From Bacteroidota bacterium (GTDB lineage: Bacteria > Bacteroidota > Bacteroidia > Chitinophagales > Saprospiraceae), in contig JBCCHF010000013.1 in assembly GCA_039028895.1 (NCBI GenBank), positions 4,360-68,359 of the forward strand: 64,000 nt of DNA, in the 5' to 3' direction. The translations under genes and the position numbers were made by a program. Below are positions 8,889 through 18,700 of this stretch, in pieces. The notes below the pieces were generated by a model. The model was not told the DNA's origin and made no database searches. It worked only from the letters and a program-made list of their open reading frames with translations. Position 1 is the stretch's first letter, and each line of letters opens with the position of its first letter.

Positions 8889-8948
8889 GCAAAATGTAAA
8901 AGTGAGTCAGGCAGACTTTTGGTTTCTGAGTCCACTTTTACATTTTGC
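8889..8948. terminator. Strong hairpin between convergent genes (probable bidirectional terminator)
   Basis: Perfect 16-bp inverted repeat: GCAAAATGTAAAAGTG (8889..8904) and CACTTTTACATTTTGC (8933..8948). It sits between the 3' ends of the S8 gene (+) and the 8958..9791 gene (-). Confidence 0.6.
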
Positions 8949-8957
8949 GGTCAGAGG

Positions 8958-9791
8958 TTACTGCTCAAACTCAACACCAAAAACCTCAAACTCTTCATAG
9001 GTGAAATCTCCTGAGTCCAAATTCCACGTGTATTCAGCATTGGCTGGTGTTAAATAGCCATCCGTTTCTACATAATTTCTGAAAACGGCACTCCAGTCCT
9101 CAGTGGTATTGTCACGATAGAGATCTTTGGCGTACAAATGACTGATTGCACCTGATGGCTCGAAGAAGAACACTGCTGATACGGAGAGATCTCCTTCCGA
9201 AATAGTGGCTCTGGAGGCGATTTCGTCTATCGGCTCCCAATTGATATTGGGAGATAAAAAAGCTGATGGCAGCCATGGCAGGTCTGCAAGATACCTTAAT
9301 AACGAGGAGCGATCCACCACTTTGTTATTTTCATTCATTACCGTGAAAGCTCCAAACAGTTTTCCTAATACATTTGCTTTTCCGTCCATGTATTTTTCTC
9401 TTACGCAAAATGATACAAAACCAGCATCCATGGTGGCATCGCGAATGAAACCGGGCTTATTTGTTATATGATAAGTGTTGGCTCTTAATGACATCCAGGC
9501 TTTCCTTGGATTCATCCTGAATCGACCTTTCCGTTTTGTAAAAGCATATTGTACGGGTTTCTGATCAAACACGCCTGAAAATTGGAGATATCGGCTAACC
9601 GGAGCAGGTAGATCGTTGTTTGGCTCAGACATTTGAGGTAGGGACTGTATTTCCGATTTCATGGAGCGGATTTCCTTTTTTGTTTTCTTATTAAAAAGGA
9701 AAGCATTGAAACACATAACGCCAACAGCAAGTAGAAAAACACCTGCCAGAAAGACAAGAATGGTAAAAAAGCTGCGGACCATACTTTGCAA
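8958..9791 (-). CDS. Hypothetical N-terminally membrane-anchored protein (possibly DUF6544-like)
   Basis: 277-aa ORF. N-terminal TM helix FFTILVFLAGVFLLAVGVMCF. The LPAPVSRYL motif and the size are reminiscent of an uncharacterised family. No catalytic motif recognised. Confidence 0.5.
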   Translation of the reverse strand: MQSMVRSFFTILVFLAGVFLLAVGVMCFNAFLFNKKTKKEIRSMKSEIQSLPQMSEPNNDLPAPVSRYLQFSGVFDQKPVQYAFTKRKGRFRMNPRKAWMSLRANTYHITNKPGFIRDATMDAGFVSFCVREKYMDGKANVLGKLFGAFTVMNENNKVVDRSSLLRYLADLPWLPSAFLSPNINWEPIDEIASRATISEGDLSVSAVFFFEPSGAISHLYAKDLYRDNTTEDWSAVFRNYVETDGYLTPANAEYTWNLDSGDFTYEEFEVFGVEFEQ

Positions 9792-9845
9792 TTTAACAGA
9801 ATTTACCCACTTTTATCAAATCATTTGTCAAACTAAACCAGACGT

Positions 9846-12041
9846 TTGAGAACATTTTTAATCATCCTCCTCACTATGTTTTGCCTCGACCTTTCAGGTC
9901 AGGATGAACCCACAAGATCATTTATTGTAAAAAAGGGGAGCGGTAAGATTACCCTTGATGGTATCCTTGATGAGCCAGCCTGGGACACCGCTCAACCAGC
10001 AAATAACCTTTGGCAATATTTTCCTGTCGATACCATAAGAGCAGTTGAAGACACCGAAATTAAAATGCTCTATGATGATAACATGCTCTATGTCTCGGCG
10101 AAATGCTATGCTAAAAGCGACAAATTCGTAGTCCCTTCTCTTCGACGTGATTTCAGGGGTGGAGGCATCGATGGGGTCAGCCTGGTTTTTGACACCTTTA
10201 ATGACAGGACCAACGCTTTTATGTTCGGAATGAACCCTCTTGGGGTAAGACGTGAAGCCCTGATCTCTGGTGGCGGTTCAGAAAGAGAACAATTTTCATC
10301 GTCCTGGGATAACAAATGGGACGGAGAAGCCAAGATATATGATGGTTACTGGATCGTCGAGATGGCCATCCCATTTAAAACTCTTAGATATAAGGAGGGA
10401 AGCACTAAATGGCGATTCAATGTCTATAGAATTAACCCGGCTGAAAATGAGAGATCAACCTGGATGCGAATTCCCAGAAACCAGGTAATTTTCAATTTGG
10501 CCTTCATGGGTGATATGGTTTGGGAAGAACCGCTTAAAAAACCCGGGACTAATATTTCTCTTATTCCCTATGTCAGTGGTGGATATTCTAAAAATTATGA
10601 GGTTGAAAATAGCGAAGCGGAATTTGATTATGGTATTGGCGGAGATGCTAAAATAGCCGTCACGCCTGCATTGAACCTAGACTTAACCGTAAATCCCGAC
10701 TTTTCACAAGTTGAAGTCGATCAGCAAATTACCAACCTTTCAAGGTTTGAGGTCTTTTTTCCGGAAAAACGGCAATTCTTCCTTGAAAATGCTGATTTGT
10801 TTGGGGCTTTTGGTACCAGAAGGATCAACCCGTTTTTCTCTCGAAGAATTGGGATTGCGGAAGACACCCTCACTGAGGAGAACATTCAAAATACCATCAT
10901 TGCTGGTGCCCGTCTTAGCGGAAAACTGGATGAAAACTGGCGCATCGGTCTCTTGAATATGCAAACAGCTGCAGATGACCGGGCAGCTTTACCAACGCTT
11001 AACTACTCTGTGGCTGCCATTCAGCGAAAGCTGTTTAGCCGTTCTAATATCGGGATGATCTTTGTGAATAAACAGGCATTTGAGAATGGCGATTCATCTG
11101 ATGTCTTTGATTCTTATAACCGGGTAATTGGCGTCGATTATAACCACGCCACTGCAGATAATCGTATTACGGGGAAAATATTTTTACATCGGGCATTTAC
11201 GACTTCCGATCTTACTGAAAAGTGGGCGCATGGCGGCAAGTTTCGATATAATGTTCGCAAGTTCACCTTCGACTGGACCCATCAATGGGTAGGGGAGGGA
11301 TATGATGCTGAGGTAGGATTTGTGCCAAGACACGATTTTTTACGGTTTAATCCTGAAGTAACCTACAGAATTTATCCTGCAAAAGGTTTATTCAGTCGAC
11401 ATGGAATTGGCATTGACGCTGACCTTATCCTCCAACCTGGCTTTGGGCGAACAGATCACCAGGTAGAATTGTTTTGGGATGCAGAGTTCTTTAAAGGTTC
11501 AAGAGGAAGGGCAACTGTACAGCATGAGTATGTATTTCTTGACGAGCCCTTTGACCCAACCAGGACGGACTCAGAAGAACTACCGGCTAATTCAGAATAT
11601 AATAACATAACTTTCAGGGCCAGGTACAGTTCAGACAGGCGTAAAATATTTAATTTCAGAATAGAACCTTCAGTGGGTACCTACTTTAGTGGCTATCGCT
11701 ATCGACTTGGCGGTGATCTAAATTTCAGGATCCAACCTCATTTTACCCTTCGCATTAACTATAATTACAACTACATTACGCTTCCCGATCCTTATGCGAC
11801 AACCTCGTTATTTCTGATTGGGCCAAGGCTCGATATCACGTTTACAAGGAGCATATTTTTTACCACTTTCGTGCAATACAACAGCCAAGACGACAATTTC
11901 AATGTCAATGCACGATTCCAGTGGCGTTTTGCTCCAGTTTCCGATTTCTTCCTCGTTTACACGGATGATTATGACTCTACTGACTTTTCAACGAAAAGTC
12001 GGGCTGTCATTCTGAAACTGACTTATTGGTTTAATCTCTGA
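9846..12041 (+). CDS. Secreted CBM9-like / DUF5916-like protein (probable beta-rich outer-membrane-associated protein)
   Basis: 731 aa, TTG start, signal peptide MRTFLIILLTMFCLDLSGQ. The N-terminal motif KITLDGILDEPAWDTA is typical of CBM9/DOMON-like modules. The long C-terminal region has an alternating beta-strand pattern and ends in LTYWFNL. The family assignment is from memory of motif patterns only. Confidence 0.55.
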   Translation: MRTFLIILLTMFCLDLSGQDEPTRSFIVKKGSGKITLDGILDEPAWDTAQPANNLWQYFPVDTIRAVEDTEIKMLYDDNMLYVSAKCYAKSDKFVVPSLRRDFRGGGIDGVSLVFDTFNDRTNAFMFGMNPLGVRREALISGGGSEREQFSSSWDNKWDGEAKIYDGYWIVEMAIPFKTLRYKEGSTKWRFNVYRINPAENERSTWMRIPRNQVIFNLAFMGDMVWEEPLKKPGTNISLIPYVSGGYSKNYEVENSEAEFDYGIGGDAKIAVTPALNLDLTVNPDFSQVEVDQQITNLSRFEVFFPEKRQFFLENADLFGAFGTRRINPFFSRRIGIAEDTLTEENIQNTIIAGARLSGKLDENWRIGLLNMQTAADDRAALPTLNYSVAAIQRKLFSRSNIGMIFVNKQAFENGDSSDVFDSYNRVIGVDYNHATADNRITGKIFLHRAFTTSDLTEKWAHGGKFRYNVRKFTFDWTHQWVGEGYDAEVGFVPRHDFLRFNPEVTYRIYPAKGLFSRHGIGIDADLILQPGFGRTDHQVELFWDAEFFKGSRGRATVQHEYVFLDEPFDPTRTDSEELPANSEYNNITFRARYSSDRRKIFNFRIEPSVGTYFSGYRYRLGGDLNFRIQPHFTLRINYNYNYITLPDPYATTSLFLIGPRLDITFTRSIFFTTFVQYNSQDDNFNVNARFQWRFAPVSDFFLVYTDDYDSTDFSTKSRAVILKLTYWFNL

Positions 12042-12095
12042 TTTATTTCAGTACGGTACATTACCTAGCTTGAATTCTTATCAAAATGTTAAAAA

Positions 12096-12148
12096 ACGAC
12101 ATTTGTCGTAGAATTGTTTGTTATTACGACAATTGTCGTTTATGTTTG
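12096..12148 (+). promoter_or_regulatory. Putative Bacteroidota-type promoter (-33 TTTG, -7 TATGTTTG) bracketed by two 14-nt palindromic operators
   Basis: ACGACATTTGTCGT (12096..12109) is a near-palindrome and ACGACAATTGTCGT (12126..12139) is a perfect palindrome. Their centres are 30 bp apart. TTTG lies at 12117..12120 and TATGTTTG (TAnnTTTG) at 12141..12148, with a 20-nt spacer. The second palindrome fills that spacer. The site lies upstream of the BlaI-like repressor gene. Confidence 0.5.
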
Positions 12149-12431
12149 TTGCACAAGCATTCTCAAATTATATTATTGAAGAGGGGGTAAGTGTTTGTTT
12201 TGCCAGTGGCGCCTTCATTTTTTTTCATTCGATAAAAAAAACGAAGCAAAAAAAATCTTGTCAAAATAAACTCACTCCGTTCAAACAGTATTTTGACGGC
12301 CTCCCACTGCCATTTAGGCTAAAGTCAAATTCGGCCTTTTTCAACCCTTAAAAGCATTAAGATTTGGAAACAGCCTTCATTTTTTTGATTCTTTTTTCCT
12401 TGATGAAAAAGAAAATTGAATAAGAACTTCA

Positions 12432-12830
12432 ATGAATAATAAAATTCAACCATCAGAAGCAGAACTTGAGATTCTGCAAATTCTTTGGGAGTATCAGCCA
12501 TGCACAATTAAGCTTGTGCATGAACAGATCAGTAAAACCAAAGATGTAGGTTATACCACGACACAAAAACAGATCCAGAGGATGTTCGACAAAGGCCTTG
12601 TTGAACGTATTCCTGGTGAAGGAAAATCGCATCTCTATTCGGCGTTAGCCCAAAAAGAGGAAGTCAGAACCAGGCTTTTTGATCGGCTTGTTGAAAATGC
12701 ATTCGGCAACTCGGTTAGTAAGATGGTTATGCATGCTCTTGGCGGCGGAAAAGCCTCGAAAAAAGAAATTGAAGAGATAAGAAAGTATTTGGACGAACTC
12801 GATAAACGCTCCACAAATGACAATTCCTGA
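12432..12830 (+). CDS. BlaI/MecI/CopY-family winged-helix transcriptional repressor
   Basis: 132 aa. SEAELEILQILWEYQPCTIKLVHEQI...GYTTTQKQIQRMFDKGLVER matches the Penicillinase_R-type wHTH layout. It overlaps the downstream M56 gene by 14 nt. Confidence 0.85.
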   Translation: MNNKIQPSEAELEILQILWEYQPCTIKLVHEQISKTKDVGYTTTQKQIQRMFDKGLVERIPGEGKSHLYSALAQKEEVRTRLFDRLVENAFGNSVSKMVMHALGGGKASKKEIEEIRKYLDELDKRSTNDNS

Positions 12831-14883
12831 ATCCTTATCCGTTATTTTCCAAAGCATTGGCTGGACACTTATCCACAGTTTGTGGCAAGTTTCGCTAATT
12901 GTTGCTGTCACTGGTTTGATCTTAACCCAGGTCGACCGCCGAAGGGCTGATCTCAGGCATAATGTGCTGTCTGTAGCGCTTTTTGCTTGCGGCATTGCAG
13001 GGCTTGGAACTTTTGTGTATTTCTTTTCATCCTTTAATACTCATGGTCTTGAGTGGAGCGGTAAGCTTTTGCTCATTGCCGGAACTGAAGCCCCGGTACA
13101 ACTTTCCGGAACGGTATCCGAAGGCTTTAAATTCTGGTGGCCATTGGGCGTCAGCGGCTATGTCTGGATAGCCGGTGTGCTCTGGATCTCAGCTTTTACT
13201 CTACTCTGCCTCAAATATTTGGTGAGTTACAGAATGAGTGTCAGATTGAGGACCAAAGGCCTGACCAATATTCCATTTTTATGGGAATGCAAATTTCGTG
13301 AACTCGTGATTCAAGCGGGGATATCGAAAGACATCGTGATCCAGTTCTCACGCTTTGTCAACAACCCTGTTAGTCTGGGCTTTTTCAAACCGATAATTCT
13401 TTTGCCGCTGGGGTACTTCACGATGTTGTCGCCAGCACAGGCAGAGGCCGTTATTTTGCATGAGCTCGCCCATATTCGCAGGAATGATTATTTGTGGAAC
13501 CTGATGCAGACTGTGATAAGACTCGGTTTCTTTTTCCATCCTGCAGTCTGGTTTCTTTATAAGCAAATCGAAATCGAAAGGGAGAATGCTTGTGATGATT
13601 TCGCTTTGTCAATCTCAGGAATGCCCACCGAATATGCAAAGGCATTGGGTTACCTGAAGATCAACATTTTCAAATCTCAAAATCCCTTAGCCATGTATTT
13701 GATCAATAATGAAAACGAATTGCTTTCGAGGCTAAAAAGGCTCGTCGGCGATAACGGATATGTTAATCGCAACCAATGGAACAATAGCAAATTATTAGCT
13801 CCCATTTTACTTTTCGCGGCCTGTTTCTTCTTTATGGCTTTTGATGCCTTGAGGCCTGACAGCAAACTGCCCATTCCGGTAACGGAAAATAGTACTGAGT
13901 TTATGTTTGCACCGATGGTAGTCGATACCATTGTGCCCATCGAAGAAGCCACAGAATCGACACCTGCAGAACAAGAGTTAAAAGAACATCTCAAGCAAGT
14001 TGAAAAGGAGATGGCCATGGAGAAAAAGATGGCAGAAAAAGCTGCTAAAGCAGCCGCCAAGGAACTTGAAAAAGCAAAATTAGCCGAAAAAGCCGCCAAA
14101 GAAGAAAAGGCCAAAGCAGAAAAAGCCAAAACGAAGGCCGAAAAAGCCAAAGCGAAGGCAAAGGCCAAACGCTTAAGTGAATCAGAAGAAGGAGCCGTAC
14201 CCGCTCCACATCCTACTCCGCATCATTTATCGGAGCATGAACATCACCATGACCACCACCATGACCACGTAGATCATGGTGACCATGAAGACCATTCCGA
14301 TGCTTGGGAAGAGCACTACCGGGAGTCTCTGAAAAATCTTGAGCAGGAAAAGGCCCGGTACAGAAAACAAATAGAACGCGCGGAAAAGGAATACGAAATA
14401 GCTATGGAACAGCGCCGTATATCAAGCGATGAACATCGCTTTAGACTGGCCGAAGAACGCGAACGATTTGAGCGTCAAAACAAGGAGGCCCGCGCCGCTT
14501 ATAGAGAACAATTAGCCGCGATGCAGGAAAAAAGAAAACTGGAGATGGAACACGTTCAGGCGCAAAGAAAACACGAGCTGGCCCAGGTACAGCAAGAAAG
14601 AAAGCTGATGCTGGAAAGAATAAGACTGGCAGAACATTCGCAAATGCGCAACTTTAAGTCTACCATGCTCAATGCACTGGTCTCAGATAAACTGATCAGT
14701 TCTTCGAAAGACCGAGTTTTCCTGGAGTTTGATAATGATATACTAAAGGTAAATGGCAAACAACTTAACAATAGGCTGAAAGAAAAATATCTGGATCTAA
14801 TAGCAGAACACCAGTTGGATCTTGGCTCGGAGTGGAGCATTGAAATGACACCTACGAATTTTTCGAAGAATTCGAATAATTAG
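12817..14883 (+). CDS. BlaR1-like M56 zinc-metallopeptidase signal transducer with atypical coiled-coil / His-rich C-terminal domain
   Basis: 688 aa. N-terminal TM helices. HEXXH motif HELAHIRRNDY. A further TM helix (LLAPILLFAACFFFMAF). Then a K/A/E low-complexity stretch, the His cluster HHLSEHEHHHDHHHDHVDHGDHEDH, and a long charged coiled-coil-like region. No penicillin-binding (SxxK) sensor domain is seen. Confidence 0.8.
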   Translation: MTIPESLSVIFQSIGWTLIHSLWQVSLIVAVTGLILTQVDRRRADLRHNVLSVALFACGIAGLGTFVYFFSSFNTHGLEWSGKLLLIAGTEAPVQLSGTVSEGFKFWWPLGVSGYVWIAGVLWISAFTLLCLKYLVSYRMSVRLRTKGLTNIPFLWECKFRELVIQAGISKDIVIQFSRFVNNPVSLGFFKPIILLPLGYFTMLSPAQAEAVILHELAHIRRNDYLWNLMQTVIRLGFFFHPAVWFLYKQIEIERENACDDFALSISGMPTEYAKALGYLKINIFKSQNPLAMYLINNENELLSRLKRLVGDNGYVNRNQWNNSKLLAPILLFAACFFFMAFDALRPDSKLPIPVTENSTEFMFAPMVVDTIVPIEEATESTPAEQELKEHLKQVEKEMAMEKKMAEKAAKAAAKELEKAKLAEKAAKEEKAKAEKAKTKAEKAKAKAKAKRLSESEEGAVPAPHPTPHHLSEHEHHHDHHHDHVDHGDHEDHSDAWEEHYRESLKNLEQEKARYRKQIERAEKEYEIAMEQRRISSDEHRFRLAEERERFERQNKEARAAYREQLAAMQEKRKLEMEHVQAQRKHELAQVQQERKLMLERIRLAEHSQMRNFKSTMLNALVSDKLISSSKDRVFLEFDNDILKVNGKQLNNRLKEKYLDLIAEHQLDLGSEWSIEMTPTNFSKNSNN
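14005..14172 (+). repeat. Imperfect short tandem repeats (GAAAAAGCCAAA / GCGAAGGCA type) inside the BlaR1-like CDS, encoding (E/A)KAK low complexity
   Basis: The DNA reads ...gccaaagcagaaaaagccaaaacgaaggccgaaaaagccaaagcgaaggcaaaggccaaa..., translated KAKAEKAKTKAEKAKAKAKAK. This also explains the spurious antisense ORF 13677..14168. Confidence 0.6.
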
Positions 14884-14910
14884 GATATATAAACTTGAAA
14901 CTTTAGTGAG

Positions 14911-14950
14911 AGAGGACAGGTGACGGCTGACGGGCTGTCTCCTGTTTTTT
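14911..14950 (+). terminator. Possible rho-independent terminator after the BlaR1-like gene
   Basis: Imperfect stem GGACAG / CTGTCT(C) around a 15-nt loop, followed by TTTTTT (14945..14950). The stem is short, so this is tentative. Confidence 0.35.
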
Positions 14951-15698
14951 ATTGTAGCATCTTCAGTAAATGTTCCTTTTTACTTTTTGAAACTGGGATT
15001 TTCATCTGGTTTTTCATGACCAGGTAACCACCATCAGATCTTACAAATTCACGGATCATGGAAAGGTTGACAAGGTGAGAAAGATGAGGCCTGTAAAAAT
15101 GGAAGGGCGATAACATTTCCTCAAAATCCTTTAGCGTTCTTGAAATGAGTTTTCTGCGCCCATTAGAAAGATACACCATGGTATAGTTGCTTTCTGATGA
15201 GCAAAGTATAATGTCTTCCGGAGCTACAAACTCAATGCTTTCTCTTGTCGAGAGGGCTATCCTACCAGGAACGCCTTTTTCTTTTTCTTCACGGACATTA
15301 TTTAATAATCCTGAAACCTGTTCATTTGAAATGGAATGGTTGCTTTTCTGTTTAAACTTATTGACTGCTTCCTGTAATTCTGTGTTTCGTACGGGTTTAA
15401 GCAGGTAGTCCAGTGCGCTAAACTTAACGGCCTGAATGCCATAATTGTCATAGGCTGTGGTGAAAATAACTGAGAAATCAGCCGCTCCCAAGCCTTCCAG
15501 GATATCAAATCCGTTGAGCATTGGCATCTCAATGTCTAGAAAAAGGATCTCAGGTGGATTGTCTTTAAGGTATGCCAATCCTTTTACCGGATCGTCGAAG
15601 GTGGCTACTACTTCAACATCCTGGCAGTAAGTTTCAATTTTCCATTGAAGCGTTTCTATGCTGTACGATTCATCGTCGATGATTACTGCTTTTATCAT
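14949..15698 (-). CDS. LytR/AlgR-family response regulator (receiver + LytTR DNA-binding domain)
   Basis: 249 aa. Receiver motifs MIKAVIIDDE and ILFLDIEMPMLNGFD. C-terminal LytTR-like region: IALSTRESIEFVAPEDIILCSSESNYTMVYL...HRSHL-like YRPHLSHLVNL. Confidence 0.85.
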   Translation of the reverse strand: MIKAVIIDDESYSIETLQWKIETYCQDVEVVATFDDPVKGLAYLKDNPPEILFLDIEMPMLNGFDILEGLGAADFSVIFTTAYDNYGIQAVKFSALDYLLKPVRNTELQEAVNKFKQKSNHSISNEQVSGLLNNVREEKEKGVPGRIALSTRESIEFVAPEDIILCSSESNYTMVYLSNGRRKLISRTLKDFEEMLSPFHFYRPHLSHLVNLSMIREFVRSDGGYLVMKNQMKIPVSKSKKEHLLKMLQ

Positions 15699-15728
15699 AA
15701 GAGATAGCTTTTACAGTTTTTTTGCAGT

Positions 15729-18700
15729 TTAAATTGGAATGTTCAGTTCAACACGAGTGCCACTGGCAATACCTTTTTTATCTTTTTTATCAAAAATCTT
15801 GATGGACGTATTGGTGTCGTAAAGCTTATTGATCATGGCAATTCTGTTTTTTGTAATAGTCATGCCCATTGACTTTTTGTCTTTACGCTGGTTTTTTGAC
15901 TTGAGTTCCTGTGCTTTTTGACGGCCGATACCATTATCATCGATGATGCAATTGAGCATACCGTTTTTCCGACTCAGTTTCAATTCTACCTTACCTTTTT
16001 CTTTTTTAGCCATTAGTCCGTGCCAAATGGCGTTTTCCACGTAAGGCTGGAATAACATCGGTGGAATAGAAATACTATCTACATCAACCTCCTCATCAAT
16101 GATCACTTCATAATCGAATTTTTGCCCAAATCTGAGTGCTTCCATTTCCATATAGAGACCAAGTGCTTCAAGTTCATCTTTCAAAACGATATAATTGGAT
16201 CTCGAATTTTGGAGGATTAATCGGATCAGCCGTGCAAAATTATTGAGGTATTCTGAGGCTTTCTGAGTCTCATTTTTGATGACAAATCGCTCTATCGAAT
16301 TGAGGCAATTGAATAGGAAGTGCGGATTCATTTGAGCCCTGAGTGCACTCATCTCCACGCTGGCCAGCTGTTTTTCGAATTCAGTCTTCATTTTAGCCCG
16401 CTTCTTAATCTGTTCAACCCGACTGCGGTAAATGAAAAATACCAAGCCGGACAGTAAAAAGAAACCGATTAATTTTGCGGCAAGCGTATCCCACCAAGGT
16501 GTTTTTATATTCACATTTACTTCAAAAAGGGATTCATTCCAAACTCCTTCATTGTTGGCGGTTTGTAGCTGAAAGGTATAATCGCCAGATGGTACATTGG
16601 TATAATTCACAAAGCGGCGATCTTTGGCATCATTCCATTCTTCCTGGAACCCCTTTAATCGGTATCTGAACTTATTATATTGAGAAAGGGTAAAGCTTTT
16701 GGCAGAAAACCCAAACAGGAAGAAGTTTTCCTGGGGATTTAAGTCCAGGGTATAACCATTTTTTATAGCAGTTGGAGCAATTACGGGTTGATTATTAATT
16801 TCGATAGCCGTGACATAAGGTTCAGGTTTTTCTTGGTTGCGAACCAGGTCATCAGGGTGAGCCATCATCAATCCAAACCTGGTACCTAAAACCAATTCTC
16901 CGGTTGGCAGGATACTTAATGAGAAAAGGTCAATATTCTCTGCTCCATATTCCAGGCTAAACCTGGTTTGTTTTAATGTTTGAGCCTCAATTTTAATCAG
17001 TTCATTTGAGGCTAATATCCAGATATCTCCGTCTGGATCAGATTCCAGAACCATACTCGTAAACTCGGTTTCTGTCTTTGAGTACATGTACATTTTTTCT
17101 ATGATTCCGTCCTCTGGTCTTTCAGCATAGGCATATCCGACCCAGCCGCCATGCCCTGTCATCCATATTCTGCCAACACGGTCTTCTGCAAAATCTTGGA
17201 CAACAGGGAATGCTATTTTCGGGTTTTCAGAATTGATGAAGTTCAGGAAAGTATCCCTTTCCGGAAGGTAAACTGAAAACCCATTTCTTCGATTTAGCCA
17301 AACATGGCCTTTATTATCTTCAAGAAAACTGCTGACTCTTGTTGTTGGCAGTTTTGACTTTCCAGGAAATAAATCCCGGTGGATAATCTCAGGGTTATGG
17401 TTTTTACCTTTCCATTTGATAAAACCATCACCTTCTGTTCCCCACCAAAAGTGATCTTTCGAATCCTTGAAAATATTGCCGTAAGCATTGCGTTTGGTCT
17501 TTGGAGAAATAGGAGCGGATTTGAATGTTCTGGTTTTCGGATTGAAAGATATCATTCCACGGTAGTAAGGGATCAACCATTCATTTTCTGAATAATATTC
17601 CAGTCCGGTGATGTAAAAGTCTCCGTGTTGATTAAGTAATCCAGTTGGGAATTTGGTACCTGTGAACGTACGATTTTCAAGGTCAAACTGGTAGAACCCA
17701 TTACAATGCCTAGCGATGAGATTAATCGTTTTATTGTCAGGTGATGGGAGGACAGCAAACGTATAGCAATCTCCGACACCTTTCATTTCTTCAAAAGTGT
17801 AATGCGGAAATTGTTGAGTCACCGGATCAAACATATAAAGCCCCTTGTTAGATTTGGACCAGGCCCTGTTTTGTTCATCTATGCAATGCATGCCTATGGG
17901 CTCTTTCAGACTACCTGTAGCATAAAGGTATACTTCATAGGTATTGACATTGTAGACCATGATCCTGTGGCCCCATTTAATCCATAACTCATCTTTACTT
18001 TTTCTTTTTACCTCAGCAATATTGGCATCGATTGGTAATAGCGCTCTTGATTTTTCCGGTTTAACCGGAAGGGAGCTAAAGGTGTTGGTTTTTGGATCAA
18101 AGATATTGACGCCTGCCGACCAAGTACCGTAATACAATAAGCCATTGTCATGGACATTGAGATGTCGGATAGCATTTCTGGCAGATCTGCCCTGCATAGT
18201 AGGATGGTCAAAATAGAACCATTTGAGGGTTTCGGTGTATTTGTTGAATTTGTATAAACCAGCCCCACATCCAGCCCAAATGATGGAGTCGTTATTGATA
18301 TCTGCTTTCAGATTATAAATGTTTTTTGAGCGAGTAGCATCTCCGAAGACCTGTAGAGGTTCATTACCTTCATATGGGAAGACTTTGAAATCATCTTCTT
18401 CAGGAAGATATTTAGCAATGCCATAATATCTTGAACCAACCCACAAAGTACCATCACTATCACGCAGAAGGGCATGGGTGATCTGGGAATGTTCCATATA
18501 AGTGGAGTCGAGTTTCCCTTGTTCGGTAAACTGGTAGTTGGTAAATTTCTCCGTTTCAAGATTGAGTTTTGATAGACCGCCGTGGTGACCTATCCAAACC
18601 TCCTCCTCTTCTGGTAAGACACAAGTAATAGAATTGTTGAAGATGGCATTAGGGTCCTCGATATTCCTTTGGTAGTTTCTGAACTGTTGACCATCGAACC

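Noticed and set aside
12190-12235. TGAAG...CTTCA followed by T8 in the BlaI leader, considered as an intrinsic terminator/attenuator
   Set aside because: Only about 5 bp pair cleanly and the rest of the putative stem mismatches. It is mentioned in the leader finding but is not strong enough to annotate as a terminator.
12118-12351. 77-aa TTG-initiated ORF in the leader upstream of the BlaI-like gene
   Set aside because: It starts inside the predicted promoter/operator. Its composition is low-complexity and A/T-driven, and it has no motif. Treating the region as untranslated leader is more parsimonious.
13677-14168. 163-aa minus-strand ORF (MAFAFALAFSAFVLAFSALAF...) antisense to the BlaR1-like gene
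   Set aside because: It is the reverse-complement reading of the GCC/AAA-rich tandem repeats that encode the K/A/E stretch. Its A/F/S low-complexity composition is an artefact. The sense ORF has clear M56 motifs.
14206-14300. The His-rich stretch as a cloning-vector His-tag or assembly artefact
   Set aside because: The histidines are interspersed with Asp/Glu/Val/Gly and encoded by mixed CAT/CAC codons. They sit within a continuous 688-aa ORF, unlike an engineered tag.
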